Virus record (IMG/VR): IMGVR_UViG_2579778730_000001
Source: an uncultured virus (IMG/VR IMGVR_UViG_2579778730_000001)
Lineage: Duplodnaviria; Heunggongvirae; Uroviricota; Caudoviricetes
Length of the DNA: 36,363 nucleotides
Reading direction: 5' to 3' (one strand)
Shown here: positions 1 to 9,749 of the stretch, one piece after another
Position numbering within the stretch: the stretch's first letter is position 1
How the letters are laid out: each line of letters starts with the position of its first letter
The notes under the pieces: model-generated
Told to the model about the DNA's origin: nothing
Database searches by the model: none
The model's input: only the letters and a program-made list of their open reading frames with translations
Made by a program: the position numbers and the translations under genes

Positions 1-3000
1 CACCACCAGCATTATTATCGTAAATAAAGATAGAATATCCAGTGAAGCCATCGATATCGCGCGCTTGCTGTGTCGTCACGCCCAGCTCAGTATTTTCGAT
101 ACCCAATTTATGCGCTAATCCTTCACGCAAAGCAACCGCAAGGGAACGCGCGGCAACATCATCCCTGATCAGTAAGCCACTATCATCACTGAGTTGCAGC
201 TCAACCATATCTGTACGGCTGCTATATCCCAACCACAGATCTTTATGAACATGACCGTGGCACAATTTATTGTTCCCCTGCCGATCATTACTACCGCCTC
301 TCAACAGGTAGTGTGTATTTTCCTTCTCCGGGTTCTTTAGATTCTCCGGAGTACGCTGGGGCTGGGTTTGAGATTCTGCCCGGCCACAGGAAAGACAAAT
401 TGCGTAGCCATGACCAAATTCACCCTCACTAAAGTGGAACAATTCCCCGCTATGACTAAAACGGTAACGTCCGAGTCCAGCATCGGGTAAGGAGACCCAT
501 ACCGAAGAAGGTACAAGAACACGAGGATCTTTCCAGGGAAGTTGCGCAGGCATGGATACATCATTATGTGCCTGATAACGAATGTCTGTCGCGAAACCGA
601 CAGGCTGTAAATGCCGCTTCACATCAAGCTGCTGTATATCTGCCTTGCAGTGGCAACATTCGACAGGCCGGGTGGCGCTGGTCGCTCCCGCGCCGCATTT
701 ACGGCAATGCCAGAACCACGGAATATGATGATCGCCAGACAGCTCCTGCCCGCTGGCAAGTACTTTACCAAGCATAATACCCGAGGAACGATATACTTTT
801 CCGCCCAATACCACATCAGCACCAGGAGCATATTCACGTAATGCTGTGGGCAGGTCACGGCTGGGCAGTTTTTCAATGCGGCGAGAAAAGTTTTCTCCCC
901 CTTCATTAGGGTCAGCCTGAGTGGCTTTTATTGCGCGACGTCTTTCCAGTTCATCCGCAGTCAGATAATTGAAATTGACCACGCCAACCGGGAAACCATG
1001 ACCCGGCAGGAACGCTTCACTGATGAGTTTAGAAAACAGATAAGCACCGCGATAATCACGAAGCTGATAAGTGATTGCTTTGCCTGCTGGCGTTTCTTCC
1101 CACGCGCTGTTATCTGCTTTCAACGCTTCGATGTTTTCCAACAGTATGGCAAGTTGGCTTCTCCAACGAGTATCAACCAGCTGCATCATCGTTTGCGTAC
1201 GAGTCAAGAGCTGTGGCGGCGTCAATGACATCAGTACAGTTCCCTGGGTAAGGCGTTTAAGTTTATCCGCCAGCTGATCGGCCTGATGATTTAACCAATG
1301 GAGAAAACGAAGACACTGGCTCTCATCACCTTCAAAGAACCATTTACAACTCAGTTTTGTCGCATCAGGAACTTCAGCCCGTAAAAACGCACCTAAAACC
1401 AATGCGTTAACATGCCGCTGAACAATACTACTGCTACCAAAACGAACCCGTGGGGCACTCGCAACGGTGTTGAACGCCCAGAGAGGGTCTTTGAATACCT
1501 CCATTCCATGCGCGGTGTTTTTACATAACGTAATGGCGGCAGATGCGCTTTCACCGCGACGGCCAGCACGGCCAGCACGCTGCAAATAATTCGCCGGAGC
1601 CGGAGGAACGTTATTCATCGCGACCAAACTCATACCACCAATATCCACGCCCATTTCCATGGTCGTGGAACAGTTCAACACATTGACTTTCCCTGCTTTA
1701 AATTGTTTTTCATTAAACTGGTTCTTCTCTGGTGTTCGCTGCGCTGAGTGTTCCTCCAGACGATACCAGCTATCTTTCAGGGCCAATCGATCACTGCGAG
1801 TAGACCATACCCCCTCCTCCCGAGCATGTTGAATGCGTTCATTACATTCCAGCCAGTTCAGGCGCTCTTCTCGCGCCATTTCTCCACCACCAGATAAACG
1901 CCAGTGACGCGCAGGAAGCTCAGGCATTTCAATCAATACAGCTTTTTCAGGTGCTATCTCTTTGCTACCTGGTAAATACGGAGAATAACCCAATAAAGTG
2001 ACATCTAACGCACGGCGAGTATAGGGGCAACGCCAGACTTGCTTTGGACTGTAAAATTCAGCTTGTTGTTTAATGTCCAATTGATAACCCGATTCAAACT
2101 GACGCAGGCATGGTCGAATAGCTTCCCAGACCTCATTCATTAAGTAATTAACCAGCGCTTTCCAGTGAGCCTGCTCAGGCTGTATTGCCGGAAAGACAGC
2201 AATTAATAGCTTAATGACCCGGTTATAATGACGGTCGCGTATTTGTGGCCAAAGTTGATCACGTTTCTGCCCTTTGTATTTTTTATCTGGCCCCTGCAGC
2301 ATTTTTACCGGGAAACGTGCTCCCATCCAGCGAGGGTACTCCTCGTTTTCGTAAAAAACGGCACTGTTTTCACGTATAAAGAAATCAAGGGTAATCTTCA
2401 ATAAATTACGCCATTCCGGTAATTGCTTATCGGGGTCGGGTAATAATGTCTTCCAGTCCTGCGGGCAGGTTGTGACTTTATCAATAAATGGATAGTGAAT
2501 GGCCACCAGCCCCAGACTTTCGAGGGTCCAAGCATTTTTAGGGCGGCGACCAAACTCACTGTATAAACAAAAATCAGCAAACTGTTGTTTAGTAAGCTCA
2601 AGTCCAGACAAGTCTTTAAAACTGCCTCTCATTCTGTCCGCAAGATCCACACTGCCAACAAGTTGTTCAGACAGAGTTTGCCACGACATGGTTTTCTTCT
2701 GCTGATTGCCTGAATTGACGAGGAGTATTTGCATTGCTTCAGCATGTTCCTGACTTAAGGAACTAACCATCGGCTCGATAATTCTAAGCGCCTGAACGTC
2801 TGCTGGGCTAAGCTTCTCATTCGAAACCATCGCTTTTCTCAGTGCGTCGATGGAATTTTTTAACGGAGGGATAGAAAACTGGGTAATAAAACTCTCTAAC
2901 AATGCACAATGTGCCGGACTGAGCTTTACTGATGGCTCATTAATATTTGCCAGTTCCTGATAACAAAGGGTTCGTAACGTAGCTTTATCTGCGTCCTGCT

Positions 3001-3945
3001 GTAATCGGGCAGAGATACGGGCGGTTCCCTGACGTGAATCCGTAAAGGTGAGCAAACGTCGACCATTAAACGGTCCTAACTGCTCTTCTCTTGTTTGCGG
3101 TAAAGGCGAAAATTCAAGCAGAGTAGGAATAATTTCATTTAAAAAAAAGGGTGCACCGAGTCGAAGCGGACGGAACAAAGGATTATTTTTCCGTTGGGTG
3201 TCACCACAACAAACACAAGCAAAGGAATTATTGCGTCCCTCACCTCGAGATTCAGGTCTTAGCAGATTTATCTCATAGTGCTTTTGCGCCTCGCGGTCGA
3301 TTTTACCCGCCGTCGCTTCCTCCAGTGAAATGATATATTTTTCACCATTGCTCGCTATAAGACGATCAAATTGGGAGTTATTTTCTAATTCGTTGTTATC
3401 TTCATCTTCAGAATAAACATCGAGATCAAGAGCAAACTCATCCTCTTCGGCAGCAGCAGGTTGCGCCACCAACCAGCTCGTTCCATCACCGCGCACTTCC
3501 TCCTTGGCAGACAAATAAGCTGAACCACACCCGGAGCAACGTAAGATTTCAAATACAGGCGCACCACATTCACAATATTGGCGTTGTTCAAACCATACCT
3601 GACCAAATGGCCAGTCACTCTCACCTAATTCACTCGCTTTATGTGCGCATTGTTTATTTGAACATGCCCATAGGCCCGCGAGTGTTCGGATAAACCCATG
3701 CATACGTAATGGCGTAAAAGCTAGTGAAAATTTAGATTCACCCTCTCGCGATTTCGCCATCAGATCGAGAAGCTGCAGCAGCTCACGGTGATTAATGTCT
3801 GGCCAGGTTCTTCTGGCAACATTGAGCAATTCACTCAAACGTACCGCCAGGCGTCCGGGGCGAGTTAACGCCTGACGCAATTGCTGGGCCACACGGTAAT
3901 GGCACAGCTGTTGGTAAAGTTCCTGAGAACTTAGTGAGTTAAGAG
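1..3945 (-). pseudogene. druE: 5'-truncated DEAD/DEAH-box helicase with DUF1998 (Druantia DruE-like); runs off the left edge
   Basis: Manual translation of segments, all in one frame from 3943 to the window edge: PLRMHGFIRTLAGLWAC, CECGAPVFEILRCSGCG, GRRLLTFTDSRQGTAR, EEHSAQ, CSTTMEMGVDIG, YLQRAGRAGRR, FLPGHGFP, ALREYAPG, IYDNNAGG. No motif I/II seen; cut at IS1. Missing from the ORF track, consistent with no stop in the window. Confidence 0.7.
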
Positions 3946-4000
3946 GGTAATGCTGCCAACTTACTGATTTAGTGTATGATGGTGATTTTAAGGTGCTTGC

Positions 4001-4276
4001 GTGGCTTCCATTTCCATCAGATGTCCTTCCTGCTCCGCTACTGAAGGCGTGGTGCGTAACGGCAAAAGCACTGCCGGACATCAGCGCTATCTCTGCTCTC
4101 ATTGCCGTAAAACATGGCAACTACAGTTCACTTACACCGCCTCTCAGCCCGGTACGCACCAGAAAATCATTGATATGGCCATGAATGGCGTCGGATGTCG
4201 CGCCAGTGCACGCATTATGGGCGTTGGCCTCAACACGGTTTTACGTCACTTAAAAAACTCAGGCCGCAGTCGGTAA
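4001..4276 (+). CDS. insA: IS1 InsA
   Basis: [35 protein letters not shown], typical InsA zinc finger/HTH. Confidence 0.97.
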   Translation: MASISIRCPSCSATEGVVRNGKSTAGHQRYLCSHCRKTWQLQFTYTASQPGTHQKIIDMAMNGVGCRASARIMGVGLNTVLRHLKNSGRSR

Positions 4277-4698
4277 CCTCGCGCATACAACCGGGCAGTG
4301 ATGGGATTGTCTGCGCTGAAATGGACGAACAGTGGGGCTACGTCGGTGCTAAATCACGTCAGCGCTGGCTGTTTTACGCGTATGACAGGATACGGAGGAC
4401 GGTTGTGGCGCACGTCTTCGGTGAACGCACTCTGGCCACACTGGAGCGTCTTCTGAGCCTGCTGTCGGCCTTTGAGGTCGTGGTATGGATGACGGATGGC
4501 TGGCCGCTGTATGAACCCCGCCTGAAGGGAAAGCTGCACGTTATCAGCAAGCGTTACACTCAGCGCATTGAGCGACATAACCTGAATCTGAGACAACATC
4601 TGGCAAGGCTGGGACGGAAGTCACTGTCGTTCTCAAAATCGGTGGAGCTGCATGACAAGGTCATCGGGCATTATCTGAACATAAAACACTATCAGTAA
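4195..4698 (+). CDS. insB: IS1 InsB (transposase C-terminal part, -1 frameshift fusion)
   Basis: [25 protein letters not shown]...[18 protein letters not shown]. Confidence 0.97.
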   Translation: MSRQCTHYGRWPQHGFTSLKKLRPQSVTSRIQPGSDGIVCAEMDEQWGYVGAKSRQRWLFYAYDRIRRTVVAHVFGERTLATLERLLSLLSAFEVVVWMTDGWPLYEPRLKGKLHVISKRYTQRIERHNLNLRQHLARLGRKSLSFSKSVELHDKVIGHYLNIKHYQ

Positions 4699-4713
4699 GT
4701 TGGAGTCATTACC

Positions 4714-5126
4714 CGGTAATTGGACTGCCTGCAAATCTGTTCTTCTCTACTGGTATTCCGGTATGTATTCTGGTGCTGAAAAAATGTAAAAAACCTGACG
4801 ACGTATTATTCATCAATGCTGCCGAATACTTCGATAAGGGTAAACGGCAGAATCAGATTTCGTCTGATCATATTAAAAAAATCATTGATACTTACAAGTT
4901 CCGTAAAGAAGAACCACGATACGCGCGTCGCGTTAGCATGGAAGAAATCGAAAAAAATGATTTTAATTTAAACATCTCACGCTATGTAAGTACGGCTGAG
5001 GCTGAAGAAGAAATCAAACTTTCTTCAGTACATGCTGAGTTGGTTTCTCTGGATAACCAGATAAAATCAGCAACTCAAAAACATAACGAATTTCTAAAAG
5101 AGTTAGGCTTACCTCTTTTACCGTAA
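4714..5126 (+). pseudogene. hsdM: 3' remnant of type I restriction-modification methyltransferase
   Basis: Frame from 4716 reads VIGLPANLFFSTGIPVCILVLKK...DVLFINA...NDFNLNISRYV, the HsdM C-terminus; 5' part removed at IS1. Confidence 0.9.
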
Positions 5127-5155
5127 TTCGCGCCGTTTTATTTTCATGTTAATAA

Positions 5156-5184
5156 AATGCCCTTTTCATTGCGACAAGGGCATT
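5156..5184. terminator. Stem-loop between convergent hsdM remnant and yagK-like gene
   Basis: AATGCCCTT...AAGGGCATT inverted repeat. Confidence 0.55.
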
Positions 5185-5198
5185 AAAACTCATTGGTA

Positions 5199-5822
5199 TT
5201 AATTATTACTACACCCAAACGATCTGTTCCCGTCATCAAAGATCTTGCTTTTCACTTTGGTGAGATAATCAATCCGGTTCAGTAAATCGCCGGGATAAAT
5301 ATCATTGAGAATATCATCACGGTTCAGGGTATATTTACCATTAGCAGGGTACTGCACCAAGTGCTGCCCCTCTTCGGGAGTCAGGTTTAATGCGCTACAC
5401 CATGCTGATGTAATCATGGTTCTTAGCGTATCTTCATCCAGATTAAAATCCCCTAAGTGGTAGTAAGCATCCTTGTTCAGAAACAGAAATACGTGAAAAT
5501 GACGCTTACCATTCTGGGTAAATTCCCTCACCCACGCATAGCGGAGCGTATTCGGGTGTACCCGTTTACCTTCTTTACGCTTGCGCTGTTCATCTGCTGC
5601 CAGTTTGGCTTTCAGTGAATTGGTAAATCTTGATATAGCTCCTGAATCAGTATTCGCGATACAGGAAATGGTATCACCATTATCCAGAATAACCGGGTCA
5701 TGCAGATCCACGCGTATTGCCAGTGTACGTCCGTGTTCTTTAACAGCTTTATTAATAACTTCGATAATTCTTTCTTTGTATGACTTAACATGACTTCCAT
5801 ACTCGCTATCGTAGAGGTTCAT
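5199..5822 (-). CDS. Inovirus Gp2 / YagK-YfjJ family HUH protein
   Basis: AIRVDLH, YAWVRE, RHFHVFLFLNKD (HUH), RIDYLTK (Tyr), RSFGCS C-terminus. Confidence 0.85.
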   Translation of the reverse strand: MNLYDSEYGSHVKSYKERIIEVINKAVKEHGRTLAIRVDLHDPVILDNGDTISCIANTDSGAISRFTNSLKAKLAADEQRKRKEGKRVHPNTLRYAWVREFTQNGKRHFHVFLFLNKDAYYHLGDFNLDEDTLRTMITSAWCSALNLTPEEGQHLVQYPANGKYTLNRDDILNDIYPGDLLNRIDYLTKVKSKIFDDGNRSFGCSNN

Positions 5823-5846
5823 AATAATTTATTCCTTGATAGATAG

Positions 5847-5972
5847 CAGTCATCGCATTACTGGTATGGCTATTAGTATGGTGGATATACAGATATTGTT
5901 AATGACAGTACAATATAATAACTATCCGACACTTAATTTCAGGCAAAGAATAGCCACAGCCTGCGATGACTG
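5847..5972. repeat. Nested inverted repeat upstream of the HUH gene
   Basis: CAGTCATCGCA (5847-5857)/TGCGATGACTG (5962-5972) enclosing TGGCTATT (5867-5874)/AATAGCCA (5949-5956). Confidence 0.7.
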
Positions 5973-6051
5973 ATTAAAAGTTACTCTGTAATTAGTTACA
6001 GTAATGACTGTTTAATAAAGTGATTATTCCGTCTTGTCTTTGCTCTGTTCG

Positions 6052-7464
6052 TTATATAAAACCATCGACAGGTTGTATGAAAATGGTTTTCCCTCTTTTC
6101 TCTGCCCGTATTTTATTTTGCGAATAAAGTGTACTGAGCAGTTCATTCACTTTACTCCGGTTCCTGAACCGATTCGGGCCATATTGCAGGATGGTTGTCT
6201 TCCTGATATACGGCACCACACACCTGTAGCAATAATCTTTTATCCACGAGTAAAGTTCGTCTGCTTCTGAACTTACCAGCAGCAACGTCTGGGGTTTAGA
6301 GAAAATTCTCACATACTCATCCACATACCAGGCGATTATATCTACTGCGGCTTCCACGGCAGTAAGGGATATTTCTCCTTCATCGCCGTTGAAGTAATGC
6401 AGCAGTGCGGCGATCCTCGCCATATTCTCCGCCATTTTAGAAGCATAATCCTTAAAATCAGACAGGAAGCCAATCAGCCCCATTTCTGACTCGACTTTGT
6501 TATAAAATTCGAGCCAGCGTTTTTCTGCTTCGGGAGAGAAACGCAGACACTGACGCTCATTTTCCTCATTTCTGGCAATGCTCTCGTTAACAATGTCTAT
6601 CAGTCGTTGATGAAATACCGGCAGATGCTCACTTGAGACAACCGGACTGGTAATTTGTCTGTAGCCCTGTGTTGAACCCGGTTGACATATCAGACATCGG
6701 GCGAAGAATCCGATCCCTTTCGCGGCATCGCCTTTTCGTTCCAGATACCCTTTTTTAAACACATCAGGCTGAATCATCAGCCCCAGCGTCATTCTGGCAT
6801 CTTTGATTAATTTATCTGGCTCGCTTTTTCTTTCCACGGGAAACATTGCGCCATCCCACATTTTATTGATGAAAGGCAGTTCATTCAGCGCGTAGCCGTT
6901 AAAAATGGTGCCAGCTTCATCAGACATAAGCCCGATGGACCGCCAGCGTCCACAGAGAGAGTCTTTCATCGCCGCAGGTGTGGCATCGTTGTATATCTGC
7001 CTGAACCTGACCGGTGCTTTCGGGGACGCGGCCAGTAGCTCTTTCAGCCGTTCATTCGTTGTGGAGTGATCTTTATTACGGCGAATATCGGATTTCAATT
7101 TTGACATCAGGGCTTTCTTTTCAATATTAAAAACCGTTTCTTCATTCCTCCAGACAACCAGGTCCTGGGTATATTTTTCAAACCATTCTTCTTCCAGTTG
7201 ATACAATGGCTTCATCAGTAGTTTGTCCACAGTGCTTTTGCGTTCACCAGATTCCGCCAGAGTCAGTAAGAAAAGCGAGACCGGACTGCGCAGATTTTTC
7301 AGTCGGCACACATCAATCCGGTTCTGGCAGGCAAGTGAAATAACCCCCAGTACCGATGCGGCAATCAAAGCCTGAGGAGCCTGCGTGTGCTGTTCCACTT
7401 CATATACCGCATTTCTGATGATCTGCGGGAACACATGCACAGGGAAAGGACGACCACACAGCAT
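6052..7464 (-). CDS. YfjI / DUF3987 family protein (P-loop, putative replicative helicase-like)
   Basis: FPVHVFP, LAESGERKSTVD Walker-A-like, DATPAA, SDEAG, GFFARCL. Confidence 0.85.
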   Translation of the reverse strand: MLCGRPFPVHVFPQIIRNAVYEVEQHTQAPQALIAASVLGVISLACQNRIDVCRLKNLRSPVSLFLLTLAESGERKSTVDKLLMKPLYQLEEEWFEKYTQDLVVWRNEETVFNIEKKALMSKLKSDIRRNKDHSTTNERLKELLAASPKAPVRFRQIYNDATPAAMKDSLCGRWRSIGLMSDEAGTIFNGYALNELPFINKMWDGAMFPVERKSEPDKLIKDARMTLGLMIQPDVFKKGYLERKGDAAKGIGFFARCLICQPGSTQGYRQITSPVVSSEHLPVFHQRLIDIVNESIARNEENERQCLRFSPEAEKRWLEFYNKVESEMGLIGFLSDFKDYASKMAENMARIAALLHYFNGDEGEISLTAVEAAVDIIAWYVDEYVRIFSKPQTLLLVSSEADELYSWIKDYCYRCVVPYIRKTTILQYGPNRFRNRSKVNELLSTLYSQNKIRAEKRGKTIFIQPVDGFI

Positions 7465-7596
7465 AGATACCTCTTATTCAGTTAACGTTTAAAACGATTC
7501 CCCTCACATTGCTATTCCGCTATTAATGGAAGAAATAGCAGGATGAACACGGGGCATTTAAGGAAAAAACAAAAAAATAAATAAAAAAACCTAAGG

Positions 7597-7833
7597 TTAA
7601 CGATAATTGATCCAACAAAGCAGGTCACTTAACAGCCATCCGCAGGATTTCAGGCCGATAGACTTACGCTGTGGAAACTTTCCAACCTGTTCCAGTTTCC
7701 ACGCGGTAGAGCGGGAAATGGACGTGATACGCTGGCGTTCCCGTTCACGCACCAGACGATCACCATGCTCGCCGTAATCACGCAGGATTTTCAGGCGTTC
7801 TTCCGGGGTGGGGGTGATAAATGTTGTACTCAT
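7597..7833 (-). CDS. alpA: AlpA family regulator / excisionase
   Basis: RITSISRSTAWKLEQVGKFPQRKSIGLKSCGWLLSDL. Confidence 0.88.
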   Translation of the reverse strand: MSTTFITPTPEERLKILRDYGEHGDRLVRERERQRITSISRSTAWKLEQVGKFPQRKSIGLKSCGWLLSDLLCWINYR

Positions 7834-8045
7834 ACTGCCTCCTTTGTTTCAGTGGGGGCAGTATGTCGCAGATGGGTAACTGAATGACAGCAGCGGACAC
7901 CTTATTAAGGTGTTAGCGCTTATTGCGGGGATTAATGCGGTTGCTGTAATTCTCGATTCAACTGGCGTGCCCACTTATTGATGATTTTCCATCTTTAAAG
8001 TGGACGAAGCGCCATTATGGCGATTTATTACCAGCGGGAGAGGGT

Positions 8046-8834
8046 CTATTGATTTTCATTCTCAATACGTTTTATCCACTTAGCGATAGTGTCATCACTG
8101 AATGAGTCACTGAATCCATATTTTTTGGATGCCACAGTAAGCATCTCCGCCATTTTTGAAAAATTAACCTCACCATTGCCATCAAGATAATGCTCTTTCA
8201 GCATGACATACAGGGCTATTCTTTCTGGCCTAGAAATGCGGGTTTGTTTTTCTTTTTTCACGCCGGGCATGCTTTCTACACTTTGTGGTGACAATTCATT
8301 TGCATCAAAAAACAGTTCTGATTTATCTCGAAAAACTCCACTTGGAAATATCAAATAATCCCTATCATCTTTACCATATACCACAATCGCACCTGCAATA
8401 TTATTATTTTCTCTGACAGTATCCATATCCGTTAGCACGTAATGGTCTTCAGCAAAACGAGTCACTGGCGTAGCCTTTACCCGCCAGTAACCATGTGCAT
8501 GCCCATTGTAGGTATAACGACATATCCCCAAATCACCTTCCAGAAGTCGAGATTCAATTTCTGCATCTTTCTCCGGGTAAAACTGCCTTATTTTAAACTC
8601 TGGCATTTTTTCATGCTGATAATAATCCATGCCTGATTTAATTTTCCTCTCCCAATCTTTAAGAAGAAATTGGCCTCCACCAAGGTACCTGACGATCTGG
8701 CATGGCAAAGCATCCAACCGAATGTAGAGTGGAACTTTATGATCAAGCCAATCATTCAGTAAATTTTCAGACATGATATGGCACTTTTCAGATGCCATTG
8801 CCAAAGGGTAAAAATCGGGCCGCTTTAATGTCAT
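8046..8834 (-). CDS. Hypothetical island protein, possible C-terminal HTH
   Basis: 262-aa ORF co-oriented with alpA; C-terminal VNFSKMAEML...SDDTIAKWIKR. Confidence 0.6.
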   Translation of the reverse strand: MTLKRPDFYPLAMASEKCHIMSENLLNDWLDHKVPLYIRLDALPCQIVRYLGGGQFLLKDWERKIKSGMDYYQHEKMPEFKIRQFYPEKDAEIESRLLEGDLGICRYTYNGHAHGYWRVKATPVTRFAEDHYVLTDMDTVRENNNIAGAIVVYGKDDRDYLIFPSGVFRDKSELFFDANELSPQSVESMPGVKKEKQTRISRPERIALYVMLKEHYLDGNGEVNFSKMAEMLTVASKKYGFSDSFSDDTIAKWIKRIENENQ

Positions 8835-8928
8835 TCGACTTGTCGTCCTGTGTGGCGCTTCGCTGCTTGCGCTATATGTGCTTTATATATTGATTTATAT
8901 AACTGAAAAGTGGCATTCAGTCTATGCC

Positions 8929-8957
8929 TTGCAAGCAGCCCCGTTACCCTCTAAAAT
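8929..8957 (+). promoter_or_regulatory. Putative sigma70 promoter for the antitoxin-like ORF
   Basis: TTGCAA-N17-TAAAAT, 30 bp upstream of ATG 8988. Confidence 0.55.
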
Positions 8958-8987
8958 TTCCGGATTAACTTAAGAGAACACAGCATC

Positions 8988-9134
8988 ATGAAGAAAACAC
9001 CTGTAACAAAAGCCCAAATCTATCGTGCCGTTGCCAGCTCAACCGCGATCGAAACCGGTGTTTCTGTGCAAAAAATTGAGCAGCAACTGAAACAAAATCA
9101 GGCACAGGCGAAAGCCGTTGGCCTCGCCCGCTAG
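8988..9134 (+). CDS. Small Fic antitoxin-like protein (48 aa, below ORF-track cutoff)
   Basis: MKKTPVTKAQIYRAVASSTAIETGVSVQKIEQQLKQNQAQAKAVGLAR; STAIE resembles the (S/T)xxxE(G/N) inhibitory motif; stop overlaps the fic stop in CTAG. Confidence 0.7.
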   Translation: MKKTPVTKAQIYRAVASSTAIETGVSVQKIEQQLKQNQAQAKAVGLAR

Positions 9135-9745
9135 TCTGGCAAGATATCGTTCACCAGTTGTATCATGGGGCTGTAGTTCCCTGACACGCCTGCCTGTATT
9201 GCCTTGAAGTAAAACGCCTTGTGCTCATCCCACAGGCTGTAATCAAGTAAGCCCTTCCCTGCCAGAACCGACAGCACATCGCAAAGTAGCCGCGACAGAC
9301 GCCCGTTACCTTCTCTGAAGGGGTGGATCAAAATAAACTCCACATGGCATACGGCCAGATAACTTATCAGCTCCAGACGAGCCAGGGATTTGAGTTCACC
9401 AGACCGAGAAAGAAACTGCTTCTCGAAGCCATCAAGCAGCAGCGGAATCCTGTCGGCAGCCGCAAACTGAAAACCATCCTTAGTCAGGTTAGCGTTACGT
9501 AGCCTCCCTGCCCAGTCGTACACATTCCCCAGCCATTGACGATGCCAGCCGCTGATATGTTCAAAAGCCAGCTCAGCAGGCGGCTGGCCTTCGATAAATA
9601 ACTGCTCATAAAGCATCAACAACAAGCCAGACTCCAGCGCCTCCATTTCCTGCTCATCAACTATCCCCAATTTATTGGCAAGCACCAGGTCGTTAGAGCC
9701 TGGCTGATAACGCTCTTCCGCTGAATTAAGCTCATATTTTGACAA
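9131..9745 (-). CDS. fic: Fic/DOC family adenylyltransferase
   Basis: Canonical HPFREGNGRLSR; likely TTG start at 9745 after GGAGG, just past the integrase stop. Confidence 0.9.
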   Translation of the reverse strand: MSKYELNSAEERYQPGSNDLVLANKLGIVDEQEMEALESGLLLMLYEQLFIEGQPPAELAFEHISGWHRQWLGNVYDWAGRLRNANLTKDGFQFAAADRIPLLLDGFEKQFLSRSGELKSLARLELISYLAVCHVEFILIHPFREGNGRLSRLLCDVLSVLAGKGLLDYSLWDEHKAFYFKAIQAGVSGNYSPMIQLVNDILPD

Positions 9746-9749
9746 CCCC

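Larger units (their letters stand above)
3946..4713 (+). mobile_element. IS1: IS1 family insertion sequence, 768 bp
   Basis: Ends GGTAATGCTGCCAACTTACTGAT and ATCAGTAAGTTGGAGTCATTACC; insA/insB with A6C frameshift motif at 4252-4258; flanks are not duplicated. Confidence 0.98.

Noticed and set aside
42..3624. Many short ORFs in the track over the first 3.6 kb
   Set aside because: Shadows of the long minus-strand helicase frame; no motifs of their own
3937..4722. Target-site duplication around IS1
   Set aside because: Left and right flanks share no 8-9 bp repeat
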